64,000 nt of DNA from the NCBI RefSeq assembly GCF_044239315.1, contig NZ_JBIIBQ010000010.1, forward strand, positions 22,405 through 86,404, given 5' to 3'. Below, piece after piece: positions 1 through 8,965 of the stretch (the stretch's first letter is position 1; every line of letters begins with the position of its first letter). The position numbers and the translations under genes were made by a program. The notes under the pieces are model-generated. The model saw nothing but the letters and a program-made list of their open reading frames with translations, was not told the DNA's origin and did no database searches. The stretch comes from Aquirufa sp. (GTDB lineage: Bacteria > Bacteroidota > Bacteroidia > Cytophagales > Spirosomataceae).

Positions 1-920
1 CAGCTCGTTCCGCACGCCACGATGATAATTCGTTTTGCCTGAGAGAACACGGACATGTGCTCCTCTACGCCAGCTAGTGTTAAGGTTAAGTTTTCCATGT
101 CCAAACGGCCACGTAAACAATCCGTTAAACTGCCTGGTTGGTCAAAAATTTCTTTCAACATGAAATGGTCGAAACCGCCCTTTTCGATTTGGGCTAATTC
201 CATGTCTAATTGTTGTATATAGGGTGTAATGTTTTCGTTACCTAAGTTCTTCAAGATGATTTCATCTGGAGAAATGATGGCTAATTCGTAGTCGTTTACG
301 TAGATTACTTTCTTCGTGTATTCGATAATAGGGGAGGCGTCAGAGGCTAAGAAATGCTCGCCATCGCCTACACCGATTACTAAAGGAGAACCTTTACGGG
401 CTGCGATTAAGCGATTCGGGAAGCCTTCTTCCATCACGATGATGACGTAAGCACCTACGACGCGCTTTAATGCGATGCGCATGGCTTCTTCCAGCGAAGA
501 ATTATTGTTGATTTGGATGTCTTCGATGAAGTTGACCAAAACCTCTGTATCCGTCTCACTCTTGAATGTATAGCCCTTCTGAACTAATTCTTGCTTTAAT
601 GAACCATAGTTTTCGATGATGCCATTATGCACCAAAGTCAAACGTCCACTGTTCGAGCTGTGTGGGTGCGCATTCGCATCAGAAGGTTCTCCGTGGGTTG
701 CCCAACGCGTGTGACCGATACCCACTGTCGCCTCAGAAATGATTTCCTCATCCCAAGCTTCCAGCTCCGCTACGCGGCCTTTTTTCTTGAATGTGTTCAC
801 CATATCGCCGAATAATGCAATACCTGAACTATCATATCCACGGTATTCTAAACGCTTCAGACCCTTTAAAATAACGGGGTATGCTGCTTGTTTTCCGATG
901 TACGCTACGATTCCACACAT
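1..920 (-). CDS. glmS: Glutamine--fructose-6-phosphate aminotransferase, N-terminal ~306 codons; the 3' end lies beyond the left window edge
   Basis: Absent from the ORF track because it is open at the window edge. Reverse-strand translation from ATG 920-918 reads MCGIVAYIGKQAAYPVILKGLKRLEYRGYDSSGIALFGD. It continues with GHTRWATHG, HNGIIENY, KGGFDHFMLKEI and IIIVACGTS. These mark the Cys2 Ntn glutaminase domain and the start of the SIS domain. Confidence 0.9.
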   Translation of the reverse strand, partial: MCGIVAYIGKQAAYPVILKGLKRLEYRGYDSSGIALFGDMVNTFKKKGRVAELEAWDEEIISEATVGIGHTRWATHGEPSDANAHPHSSNSGRLTLVHNGIIENYGSLKQELVQKGYTFKSETDTEVLVNFIEDIQINNNSSLEEAMRIALKRVVGAYVIIVMEEGFPNRLIAARKGSPLVIGVGDGEHFLASDASPIIEYTKKVIYVNDYELAIISPDEIILKNLGNENITPYIQQLDMELAQIEKGGFDHFMLKEIFDQPGSLTDCLRGRLDMENLTLTLAGVEEHMSVFSQAKRIIIVACGTS

Positions 921-1159
921 AAAAGAGGTAATTTATATTTGTATTATTTGAATAATTAGTAGTTTGGGATACTGAGGCTCATTTTCCTAGCAAATATCTC
1001 ATATTTGAATAATAATACCAAATTTATCGGGCATATTTTACTTATCGGCGCATCTATTTTATAGGATTCTTCCGAGAATGTTCCTTCATTTCACTATTTT
1101 TTTCTATTTTCGTGATAGGTATATCAAAACCATTCAATCATTCACTATCAAATTATTTT

Positions 1160-3019
1160 ATGAAAAAAGTCCTTTTCCTAGGCCTCCTTTTTTGTGCCTC
1201 ATTCTCCCTTGTCTCTCAAGATTTACGTGTCGAACCATTGAATTGGTGGGTGGGAATGAAGAACCCGAATTTACAGTTATTGATTAAAGCCAAAGACTTA
1301 AAGGGTGGTGCAGTAACATCCACTAAAGCTGGTTTAACCGTTAAGAAAGTAACCAACGGCGACAGCCCCAACTATTTATTCGTTGATTTAGTAGTTGCAC
1401 CTAATGCGCAAGCTGGAACGTATCCTTTGGTCATTAAAAAGAATGGTGCAGTGATTCACACCATCAATTATTCTTTAGAAGCTCGTGCTAAGAATTCAGC
1501 TAATCGTTCTTCATATTCCACGAAAGATGTGATTTACTTAATTACACCTGATCGCTTTGCAAACGGTAATCCGGCAAATGATAAAGCAGCCGGAATGCGG
1601 GACATGTCATTGAATCGCGGTGCACTATATGATCGCCATGGAGGTGATTTAAAAGGAATTATCGATCATTTGGACTACATTAAAAATATGGGATTCACCG
1701 CTATCTGGAATATGCCGGTGTTAGAGAATGATCAAACCTTAGAAAGTTACCATGGATACGGGATTACGGATCATTATAAGATTGACCGTCGTTTTGGGAC
1801 AAATGAAGAATACCGTGAGTTAGGGAGAAAAATGGAGGCGAATGGGATGTATTTGATCAAGGATGTTGTTTTGAATCACTCTGGAAATGGCCACTGGTGG
1901 ATGGATGATAAGCCATTTACCGATTGGATTAATTATGGAGGTAAATTTGTTTCCACTACACATCGCCGTGAAACAGTTCAAGATCCGCACGTGTCTAAGT
2001 ACGATGCAAAATTACAGTCTGAAGGCTGGTTCGTGCCAGCGATGCCAGATTTGAATCAGAAGAATCCATTTATGCAGCAGTACATTATTCAAAATACGAT
2101 TTGGTGGATTGAATATGCACATTTAGGCGGTATTCGAATCGATACATATCCCTACTCTACGAAGGAGTTTGCGACAATGTGGTCAGACGCAGTTCTAGAT
2201 GAATACCCAAATCTGAACTTAGTAGGAGAGGAATGGTCGTCTAATCCGATCATCACATCCTATTGGCAACGTGGAAAAGTAAATCGCGATGGCTATAAAT
2301 CATCGCTTCCAGCCTTAATGGATTTTCCGTTACAAAACGCGATTTCAGAGGCGATGAATGAAAATGATAAGGACTGGGGTAAAGGGTTGAACAAAATCTA
2401 CAGCGTTATCTCAAGTGATTTAGTATATGCGAATCCAGATAATTTAGTCGTGTTTATGGATAACCATGATATGTCGCGTGTTTTTACACAGATGAAACAT
2501 GATCAATCCTTATTGAAGATGGCCATGACCTATATTTTCACCACGCGCGGAATCCCACAGGTGTTTTATGGCACAGAAATTTTAATGGCTAATCCGAAGT
2601 CGTCTGAGCACGGCGAAATTCGCGGGGACTTCCCGGGCGGCTGGGCAGACGATGCGAAAAATGCATTTACAGGTGCGAACATGACAGCAGATGAGAAAGC
2701 GACTCAAGAGTTCTTCAAAAAGATTTTGACTTGGAGAAAAGGATCAGAGGCGATTCACAAGGGTAAATTGTTGCATTTTGGCCCGGAGAATGCTGGTGAA
2801 GGTAATGGCATTTATGTCTATTTCCGTTACACGGATAAGGCCAAAGTAATGGTGGTTCTAAATAAAAACGCAGAGTCTCGTAACCTTGATTTGAGTCATT
2901 ACGAAGAGATTCTTCCAGCTGGTGCGAAGGCGCACAATGTGATGGAATCGACCGATGTTCTTTTCGGGAAAACTTTAAATGTCCCAGCAAAATCAGCTCA
3001 AATTTTTGAAATCCGATGA
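1160..3019 (+). CDS. Exported GH13 alpha-amylase-family enzyme (cyclomaltodextrinase/neopullulanase-like)
   Basis: ORF 1112..3019, with the start moved to ATG 1160, which gives signal peptide MKKVLFLGLLFCASFSLVSQ. GH13 conserved regions are DVVLNHSG (I), GGIRIDTYPY (II), LVGEEWS (III) and VFMDNHDMSR (IV). Confidence 0.85.
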   Translation: MKKVLFLGLLFCASFSLVSQDLRVEPLNWWVGMKNPNLQLLIKAKDLKGGAVTSTKAGLTVKKVTNGDSPNYLFVDLVVAPNAQAGTYPLVIKKNGAVIHTINYSLEARAKNSANRSSYSTKDVIYLITPDRFANGNPANDKAAGMRDMSLNRGALYDRHGGDLKGIIDHLDYIKNMGFTAIWNMPVLENDQTLESYHGYGITDHYKIDRRFGTNEEYRELGRKMEANGMYLIKDVVLNHSGNGHWWMDDKPFTDWINYGGKFVSTTHRRETVQDPHVSKYDAKLQSEGWFVPAMPDLNQKNPFMQQYIIQNTIWWIEYAHLGGIRIDTYPYSTKEFATMWSDAVLDEYPNLNLVGEEWSSNPIITSYWQRGKVNRDGYKSSLPALMDFPLQNAISEAMNENDKDWGKGLNKIYSVISSDLVYANPDNLVVFMDNHDMSRVFTQMKHDQSLLKMAMTYIFTTRGIPQVFYGTEILMANPKSSEHGEIRGDFPGGWADDAKNAFTGANMTADEKATQEFFKKILTWRKGSEAIHKGKLLHFGPENAGEGNGIYVYFRYTDKAKVMVVLNKNAESRNLDLSHYEEILPAGAKAHNVMESTDVLFGKTLNVPAKSAQIFEIR

Positions 3020-5769
3020 GGTATCTATTTTTCTTACTTTTATCATTTTCTACTTACGCCCAAGTTTCAACTGTTGAAATTTTCCCAACTGGAGATAAAG
3101 AGATTACCTTGATTTTTGATTTGAAGCTCGCGAAAGATTCGCGAGCTTCAGGTCTTTTAGGGAAAACAAACGATGTTTTTTTATGGTCAGGTGCAGGGGA
3201 TTTAGCGACGGGGGATGCATTTAAATACCAGCCCGCAGGTCAAACTAATTTTAGTGTCCCCTTTGAAAAAGGACGGATGACCTCCTTAGGCAATGACAAA
3301 TGGTCGATTAAACTTACCCCACGTACCTACTTTAATGTACCAGCTGCAAATCCGATTGTTAAATTAGGATTACTATTAAAAAGTGGGGATGGTAAAGCGC
3401 AAACGGAAGATTTTATTTTTCCGCTCTTTACAGGTTCGTATTCTTTGAAATGGTTATCCCCTACGGAGCCCTTTACTCTAGCGGATGCGGGGACATCTGT
3501 TTCCATCAGGGCTAAGTTTTCGGCCTCCTCATCGATTAGTTTAAAATCTGCAGGAACAGTGCTAGCCACCGCCTCAGCCTCCGATTCCATCAATTATACG
3601 TATGCATTAGGAACAGAAAAGGGCAAATTACATACGCTGATTTTAGAGGGAATAGCTGGGTCTTCGACAATAAAAGATTCCGTGCGTATTTTAACTAAGC
3701 CAACGGTTGTTACAGAAGCCTTGCCTGCAGGAATTAAAGATGGTATAAATTATGTTGGGAATCGAGTGATCCTCTGTTTTTATGCTCCATCTACCTCTTT
3801 CGTTTATGCGATAGGCGAGTTTTCTAATTGGTCTGCCTTACCCGGCTACTTAATGAAGCGTACTGCCGATGGCTTGCGTTATTGGATTGATTTAGGAGTT
3901 CAAGTGCCTGGCAAAGAGGTGGCCTATCAGTATTGGGTGGACGGCAATTTAGCGGTAGCGGACCCATTAACTGAAAAGATTTTGGACCCTAACAATGATA
4001 AATTCATCACATCTACCACCTACCCTGGCCTTAAAAGTTATCCAGTAGGGGCCAAGGGGATTGTGTCGGTTTTTGAGCCGGGATCCACACCATACGTTTG
4101 GAAATCGACTAATTTTACGCGTCCATCTCCTTCTAATTTACATGTTTACGAATTATTAGTTCGTGATTTCGTAGCTGATCGCCGTTATAAAACGGTGGCT
4201 GATTCTATCGGTTATTTGAAGAAGTTAGGGATTAATGCCTTGGAATTAATGCCGGTGGCAGAGTTTTCAGGAAATGATTCTTGGGGATATAATCCCATCT
4301 TTTATACGGCGCCAGATAAGGCTTATGGGACAAAGAATGACTTGAAATACTTGATTGATAAATGCCATGAAAATGGGATTGCGGTCATTATGGATATCGT
4401 TTTGAACCAGGCAGATTTTGAGAATCCTTATGTAAAGATGTACTGGGATGGGGCTAAACCTACGGCATCGAGTCCTTTCTTCAATCCTACTGCGACGCAT
4501 CCCTTTAGTGTCTTCTTTGATTTTAATCATGAGAGCCTACATACGCAATGGCTGGTTGATCTGGTAACTAAGTTTTGGATAGAGGAATATAAGATAGACG
4601 GGTATCGTTTTGATTTGTCCAAAGGTTTCACACAAACGCCATCAGGTAGCAATGTAGGTCAATGGGGCCAATATGATGGATCACGTGTGCGCAATTGGAA
4701 ACGAATTTATGATAAAATTCGTAGCTATGATGCGTCCGCATATGTCATATTAGAGCATTTTGCCGCAAATAATGAAGAGAATGAATTAGGAAATTATGGC
4801 ATGCTTTTGTGGGGCAATAGCAAGTTTGACATGACGCGTGTAGTTCAAGGTTATACACAGGATTTAAGCCAAATATCTTACAAGACAAGAGGTTTTACGA
4901 ACCCTAGCGTCATGAGTTACATCGAATCGCATGACGAGGAGCGATTGATGGTGGAAATAGCTTCTGGGGCTAAAAAGACATTTACAGCCCAAGAAAGAAT
5001 AGAGCGAATGAAAATGGCAGCAGCCACTTTTTTCACCATTCCAGGGCCTAAACTGATATGGCAATTTGGCGAGTTGGGTTATGATGTGTCAATCAATGAG
5101 AATGGTCGAACTGGGGTAAAGCCCTTGAAGTGGAACTATGCTCAGGATTCTGAGCGTGCAAAATTATTAAAAGTATATCAACAGTTGGGAGCCTTAAAAA
5201 CGTCGAAACCAATTTTTACAACGACTGATTTTACCGTAGGTTCGCTTTCTGTAGTGAAGCGAAATTTATTAACAAGAGGATCAGAACACTTGTTGGTCAT
5301 CGCTAACCCGGATATCAATCCGCAAGTTATCTCTGCTAGCTTTCCTAAAACAGGTACATGGTACGATTATTTTAGTGGAAAATCGTTTGAAGTAAATGAT
5401 GCGGAGGCAAAGATGAGTTTATTGCCAGGAGAGTTTCATTTACTGACTAATGTGGCATGGAATACAACAAATCTGGGTTTAGTACCTTGGTCCACTCCCG
5501 ATTTTAATATCCTGGGCGTGGAGCAGGAATCTCAAAGTCTGAAGCTTTATCCAAACCCTGCTCGTGATTTAGTAAAACTAGACTGGGATTCCGCAGCAGC
5601 AGGTGAAACAATACTCAAATTGATGGATTCGATGGGTCGTGAGGTATTTCAGAAAAATTTACCTCAAACCAAGGGATTAAATTCAACGACTATTTCAGTA
5701 GAGCATATGTCCAAAGGGAATTATTTCATTCAAATAAATAAACAGCGTGCTAAACTATTTATCCAGTAA
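3016..5769 (+). CDS. GH13 alpha-glucan hydrolase with CBM48/E-set-like module and T9SS C-terminal sorting domain (secreted amylase/pullulanase-type enzyme)
   Basis: The start ATG overlaps the upstream stop (ATGA at 3016-3019). Signal peptide is MRYLFFLLLSFSTYAQ. An E-set-like segment reads VILCFYAPSTSFVYAIGEFSNW...YQYWVDG. GH13 regions are MDIVLNQAD, DGYRFDLSKG, VILEHF and YIESHDEER. The C-terminus is a Por-type tail. Confidence 0.85.
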   Translation: MRYLFFLLLSFSTYAQVSTVEIFPTGDKEITLIFDLKLAKDSRASGLLGKTNDVFLWSGAGDLATGDAFKYQPAGQTNFSVPFEKGRMTSLGNDKWSIKLTPRTYFNVPAANPIVKLGLLLKSGDGKAQTEDFIFPLFTGSYSLKWLSPTEPFTLADAGTSVSIRAKFSASSSISLKSAGTVLATASASDSINYTYALGTEKGKLHTLILEGIAGSSTIKDSVRILTKPTVVTEALPAGIKDGINYVGNRVILCFYAPSTSFVYAIGEFSNWSALPGYLMKRTADGLRYWIDLGVQVPGKEVAYQYWVDGNLAVADPLTEKILDPNNDKFITSTTYPGLKSYPVGAKGIVSVFEPGSTPYVWKSTNFTRPSPSNLHVYELLVRDFVADRRYKTVADSIGYLKKLGINALELMPVAEFSGNDSWGYNPIFYTAPDKAYGTKNDLKYLIDKCHENGIAVIMDIVLNQADFENPYVKMYWDGAKPTASSPFFNPTATHPFSVFFDFNHESLHTQWLVDLVTKFWIEEYKIDGYRFDLSKGFTQTPSGSNVGQWGQYDGSRVRNWKRIYDKIRSYDASAYVILEHFAANNEENELGNYGMLLWGNSKFDMTRVVQGYTQDLSQISYKTRGFTNPSVMSYIESHDEERLMVEIASGAKKTFTAQERIERMKMAAATFFTIPGPKLIWQFGELGYDVSINENGRTGVKPLKWNYAQDSERAKLLKVYQQLGALKTSKPIFTTTDFTVGSLSVVKRNLLTRGSEHLLVIANPDINPQVISASFPKTGTWYDYFSGKSFEVNDAEAKMSLLPGEFHLLTNVAWNTTNLGLVPWSTPDFNILGVEQESQSLKLYPNPARDLVKLDWDSAAAGETILKLMDSMGREVFQKNLPQTKGLNSTTISVEHMSKGNYFIQINKQRAKLFIQ
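5539..5766 (+). other. T9SS type-A C-terminal sorting domain of the GH13 enzyme
   Basis: The last ~76 aa read LKLYPNPARDLVKLDW...MSKGNYFIQINKQRAKLFIQ. These carry the YPNP..D and G.Y...I motifs typical of Por_Secre_tail domains. Confidence 0.7.
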
Positions 5770-5770
5770 T

Positions 5771-7408
5771 ATGAAAAAAATCGCCTTCTTGCTGCTTTTT
5801 TCTAGCCCATTATTCTCACAGACAAAATCGGATTTATCTGGGGCTGCGTCCTTGTTTGATATTCAATTCACTACCCAGGAATTAGATACGCTGTATTCAG
5901 ATGTGGTGGATAATCTAGCGAACTATAAGGCGATGCATGCGTTGTCATTAAATAACAATGTGCCCTTGAGTCTTTGGCAAAATCCAAAGCTTCCAGGAAT
6001 GAAATTTGATCAGACGCAGCGACCGGTGGTTTGGCCTGCTGTTGGCTCAATCCTGCCGAAAAATCGCAATGATTTAGCTTTTTATTCCATCGATCAGCTC
6101 GCGCATTTAATCAAGTCAAAACAAATCACTTCGGTCGAATTAACGCAGTTCTTTATTGAACGAATCAAGAAACACGGAGAGACTTTGCAATGCGTCATTA
6201 GTATTCAGGAGGATTTGGCATTAGCACAGGCACGTCAGGCTGACAAGGAAATAGCGAGTGGTAAATACCGAGGTTTATTACATGGAATACCCTATGGTTT
6301 GAAGGATTTGTTCGCGGTGAAAGGCACAAAGACGACCTGGGGAGCTGCTCCTTATAAGGATCAGGTGATCGACGAGGATGCCTATGTTTATTCGAAATTG
6401 AAAGAATCAGGGGCCGTTTTAGTCGCCAAATTCACGTTAGGCGCTTTAGCGATGGGTGATTACTGGTATGGCGGTAGGACAAAAAATCCTTGGAACCTAA
6501 GCTATGGTTCTTCTGGTTCCTCGGCAGGTTCTGCCTCGGCTACGGTCGCCGGATTAGTTCCCTTTGCGATAGGTACCGAGACCTGGGGCAGCATCGTTTC
6601 GCCTTCTACCACTTGTGGTGCTACTGGTTTGCGACCTACCTTCGGAAGTATTAGTCGCTCGGGTGCGATGGCATTGAGTTATAGTTTAGATAAAGTAGGA
6701 CCTATTTGCCGTTCCGCAAACGATGCGGCGATTGTGTTTCATTATTTACATGGGACGGATGGAAAGGATCTTGCGGCAGTTAATATGCCTTTTAATTACG
6801 TATCGAATAGGCCTCTGAAAGCGATGAAAATCGGATATGCGAAGAATTATTTTGACAAAATAAAAGACACCACACGCAGCGAATGGAAAGTCTTAGCTGA
6901 TCTTAGAAAACAGGGTGTGGAACTAATTCCAGTAGAATTTCCAGATGAAAAAGCCTATACGTTTAACATCATGGATGTGGTGATCGGAGCAGAATGTGCC
7001 GCACAATTTGATGAGATGACGCGTAAAAATATCGATGATCAACTTACCCGCCAAACCAAATACGATTGGCCTAATCAATTCAGAACGGCTCGATTTGTGC
7101 CAGCTGTCGAGTACATTAATGCACAACGTCACCGGTATTTACTTATGCAAGAAGTAAACAAAGTTGTGTCACAATATGATGCGATTATCTGTCCTTCTCG
7201 CGGTGGCGGAAATCAATCAGCAATCACGAATTTAACCGGACATCCCGTTGTGTGTGTGCCCACTGGATTAGACGCTAAAAATAATTTGCCTACTGGTATT
7301 TCTTTTGTAGGAAAACTATACGATGAGGGTACTTTATTGCGTATTGCTCAGTTTTACCAAGATCACACCAAACACGAGGAGACTCATCCAGAAAAATTCT
7401 TGAATTGA
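5771..7408 (+). CDS. Exported amidase (amidase-signature family)
   Basis: Start moved to ATG 5771 (MKKIAFLLLFSSPLFSQ signal peptide), 1 nt after the upstream stop. The amidase-signature Gly/Ser-rich block is YGSSGSSAGSASATVAG, preceded by GIPYGLKDLF. Confidence 0.8.
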   Translation: MKKIAFLLLFSSPLFSQTKSDLSGAASLFDIQFTTQELDTLYSDVVDNLANYKAMHALSLNNNVPLSLWQNPKLPGMKFDQTQRPVVWPAVGSILPKNRNDLAFYSIDQLAHLIKSKQITSVELTQFFIERIKKHGETLQCVISIQEDLALAQARQADKEIASGKYRGLLHGIPYGLKDLFAVKGTKTTWGAAPYKDQVIDEDAYVYSKLKESGAVLVAKFTLGALAMGDYWYGGRTKNPWNLSYGSSGSSAGSASATVAGLVPFAIGTETWGSIVSPSTTCGATGLRPTFGSISRSGAMALSYSLDKVGPICRSANDAAIVFHYLHGTDGKDLAAVNMPFNYVSNRPLKAMKIGYAKNYFDKIKDTTRSEWKVLADLRKQGVELIPVEFPDEKAYTFNIMDVVIGAECAAQFDEMTRKNIDDQLTRQTKYDWPNQFRTARFVPAVEYINAQRHRYLLMQEVNKVVSQYDAIICPSRGGGNQSAITNLTGHPVVCVPTGLDAKNNLPTGISFVGKLYDEGTLLRIAQFYQDHTKHEETHPEKFLN

Positions 7409-7478
7409 TTGATTTATAGTAGTTTATAAGTTTATTTTTTCTAATTTGGAACAAATAAACCTATAAAACGATTGAATC

Positions 7479-8912
7479 ATGAGCATCTCCAGACGTGGCT
7501 TTTTGGAAAAAAGCGCCTTAGCATCCAGTTTTTTTATTGTTCCTCGCCACGTATTGGGCGGAAAAGGATTTTTAGCTCCCAGTGACAAATTACTCGTAGC
7601 GGGTATAGGTGTAGGAGGAAAGGGAAAGTCGGATTTGAAAAAATTCTATGAAAGCGGAAAGGCAGAAATTGCTTTTTTATGCGACGTAGATGACCGTCAA
7701 GCAAAGGATTCAGTAGCGGCTTATCCTAAAGCAAAATATTACAAGGATTGGAGAAAAATGATGGAGGTCGAGTCGAAAAATTTCGATGCGGTTTCTGTTT
7801 CAACTCCAGATCATAACCACGCCGTTCAGGCGATGGCTGCTATGCAATTAGGCAAGCACGTATATGTTCAAAAACCGATGACTCACGATATTTATGAGGC
7901 GCGCATGTTAACGGCGGCGGCTGATAAATACAAAGTCGTGACTCAAATGGGAAACCAAGGGTCTTCCGGAGATGGAGTTAGGCAGTTAGTTGAATGGTTT
8001 GATGCGGGAATTATTGGGGATGTGCATACGGTCCAAATTTGGACGAATCGACCTATTTGGCCACAAGGAATTCCTTGGTCTACTGCGAAGCCACCCGTTC
8101 CGGCAGGATTGGATTGGGATTTATGGTTAGGAACTGCACCTTATAAAGACTATGTGGACAATTTAATTCCGGGTTCTTGGAGAGGCTGGTGGGATTACGG
8201 TACAGGTGCTCTAGGTGATTTAGGTTGCCATTTAATGGAGGCTCCTTTCCGTGTTTTAGGACTTAAATATGCCTCTGATGTGCAGGCGAGTGTGGGTAGT
8301 GTGTTTACGGCTTTTGGCCAAAGAGGTGTATTCCCAGACAGCTGCCCTCCATCAAGTCACGCCACCTTAACCTTCCCTAAAACGTCGAAGACGAAGGGAC
8401 CAGTGACCATGCATTGGATGGACGGTGGAATTAAGCCAGAACGTCCGGAGGAATTAGGACCTGACGAACTATTTGGCGATGGTAACTCAGGTATCTTGTT
8501 CATCGGTACAAAAGGAAAAATGATGGCCAGTGAATACGCTGCTAATCCGCGATTATTGCCTTTGACGCGAAATCAAGAAGTAAAAGTAAAGCAAAAATTA
8601 GAGCGCGTTCCGGGCAGCGCTGATGGACACTACGCTCAATGGGTGGAAGGTGCGATTGCCGGTTATGGCAACAAGCAATTAAGCTCTCCATTCGAATTAG
8701 CAGGGCCATTAACGGAAGCCATCTTGATGGCAAACTTAGCCATTCGAGTGGCAGATATGCCATTCCCTCGTCCGACCGGCAAAGGAAATCACTATCCAGG
8801 TTCGAACACGAAATTATTGTGGGATAATGAAAATATGCGCGTGACGAATTTTGACGCCGCGAATCAGTTCGTTAAGCGTACGTATCGCGAGGGCTGGAGT
8901 TTAGGCGTTTAA
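7479..8912 (+). CDS. Gfo/Idh/MocA-family oxidoreductase with twin-arginine (Tat) signal
   Basis: N-terminus MSISRRGFLEKSALASSFFIVP carries a Tat motif (SRRGFL). The Rossmann GxGxxG segment is LLVAGIGVGGKGKSD. The family-typical stretch is VSVSTPDHNHAVQAMAAMQLGKHVYVQKP. Confidence 0.8.
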   Translation: MSISRRGFLEKSALASSFFIVPRHVLGGKGFLAPSDKLLVAGIGVGGKGKSDLKKFYESGKAEIAFLCDVDDRQAKDSVAAYPKAKYYKDWRKMMEVESKNFDAVSVSTPDHNHAVQAMAAMQLGKHVYVQKPMTHDIYEARMLTAAADKYKVVTQMGNQGSSGDGVRQLVEWFDAGIIGDVHTVQIWTNRPIWPQGIPWSTAKPPVPAGLDWDLWLGTAPYKDYVDNLIPGSWRGWWDYGTGALGDLGCHLMEAPFRVLGLKYASDVQASVGSVFTAFGQRGVFPDSCPPSSHATLTFPKTSKTKGPVTMHWMDGGIKPERPEELGPDELFGDGNSGILFIGTKGKMMASEYAANPRLLPLTRNQEVKVKQKLERVPGSADGHYAQWVEGAIAGYGNKQLSSPFELAGPLTEAILMANLAIRVADMPFPRPTGKGNHYPGSNTKLLWDNENMRVTNFDAANQFVKRTYREGWSLGV

Positions 8913-8926
8913 AAGTAAATAGATAA

Positions 8927-8965
8927 GGTCTCATAGAATTTGATTAATTTCAGGTTCTATGAGAC
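8927..8965 (+). promoter_or_regulatory. Stem-loop whose 3' arm contains the start codon of the downstream hydrolase gene
   Basis: An 11-bp perfect stem pairs GTCTCATAGAA (8928-8938) with TTCTATGAGAC (8955-8965) around a 16-nt loop. ATG 8959-8961 lies inside the right arm, and T-rich sequence follows. Confidence 0.35.

Noticed and set aside
627-951. + strand ORFs at 627..815 and 739..951.
   Set aside because: They are antisense to the clearly recognisable glmS reading frame, which is open at the window edge and therefore missing from the track.
921-1159. A possible glmS ribozyme or riboswitch upstream of glmS.
   Set aside because: That element is characteristic of Gram-positive bacteria. I see no conserved core-like structure in this AT-rich leader, and only a candidate TAnnTTTG box on the minus strand at 1019-1026.
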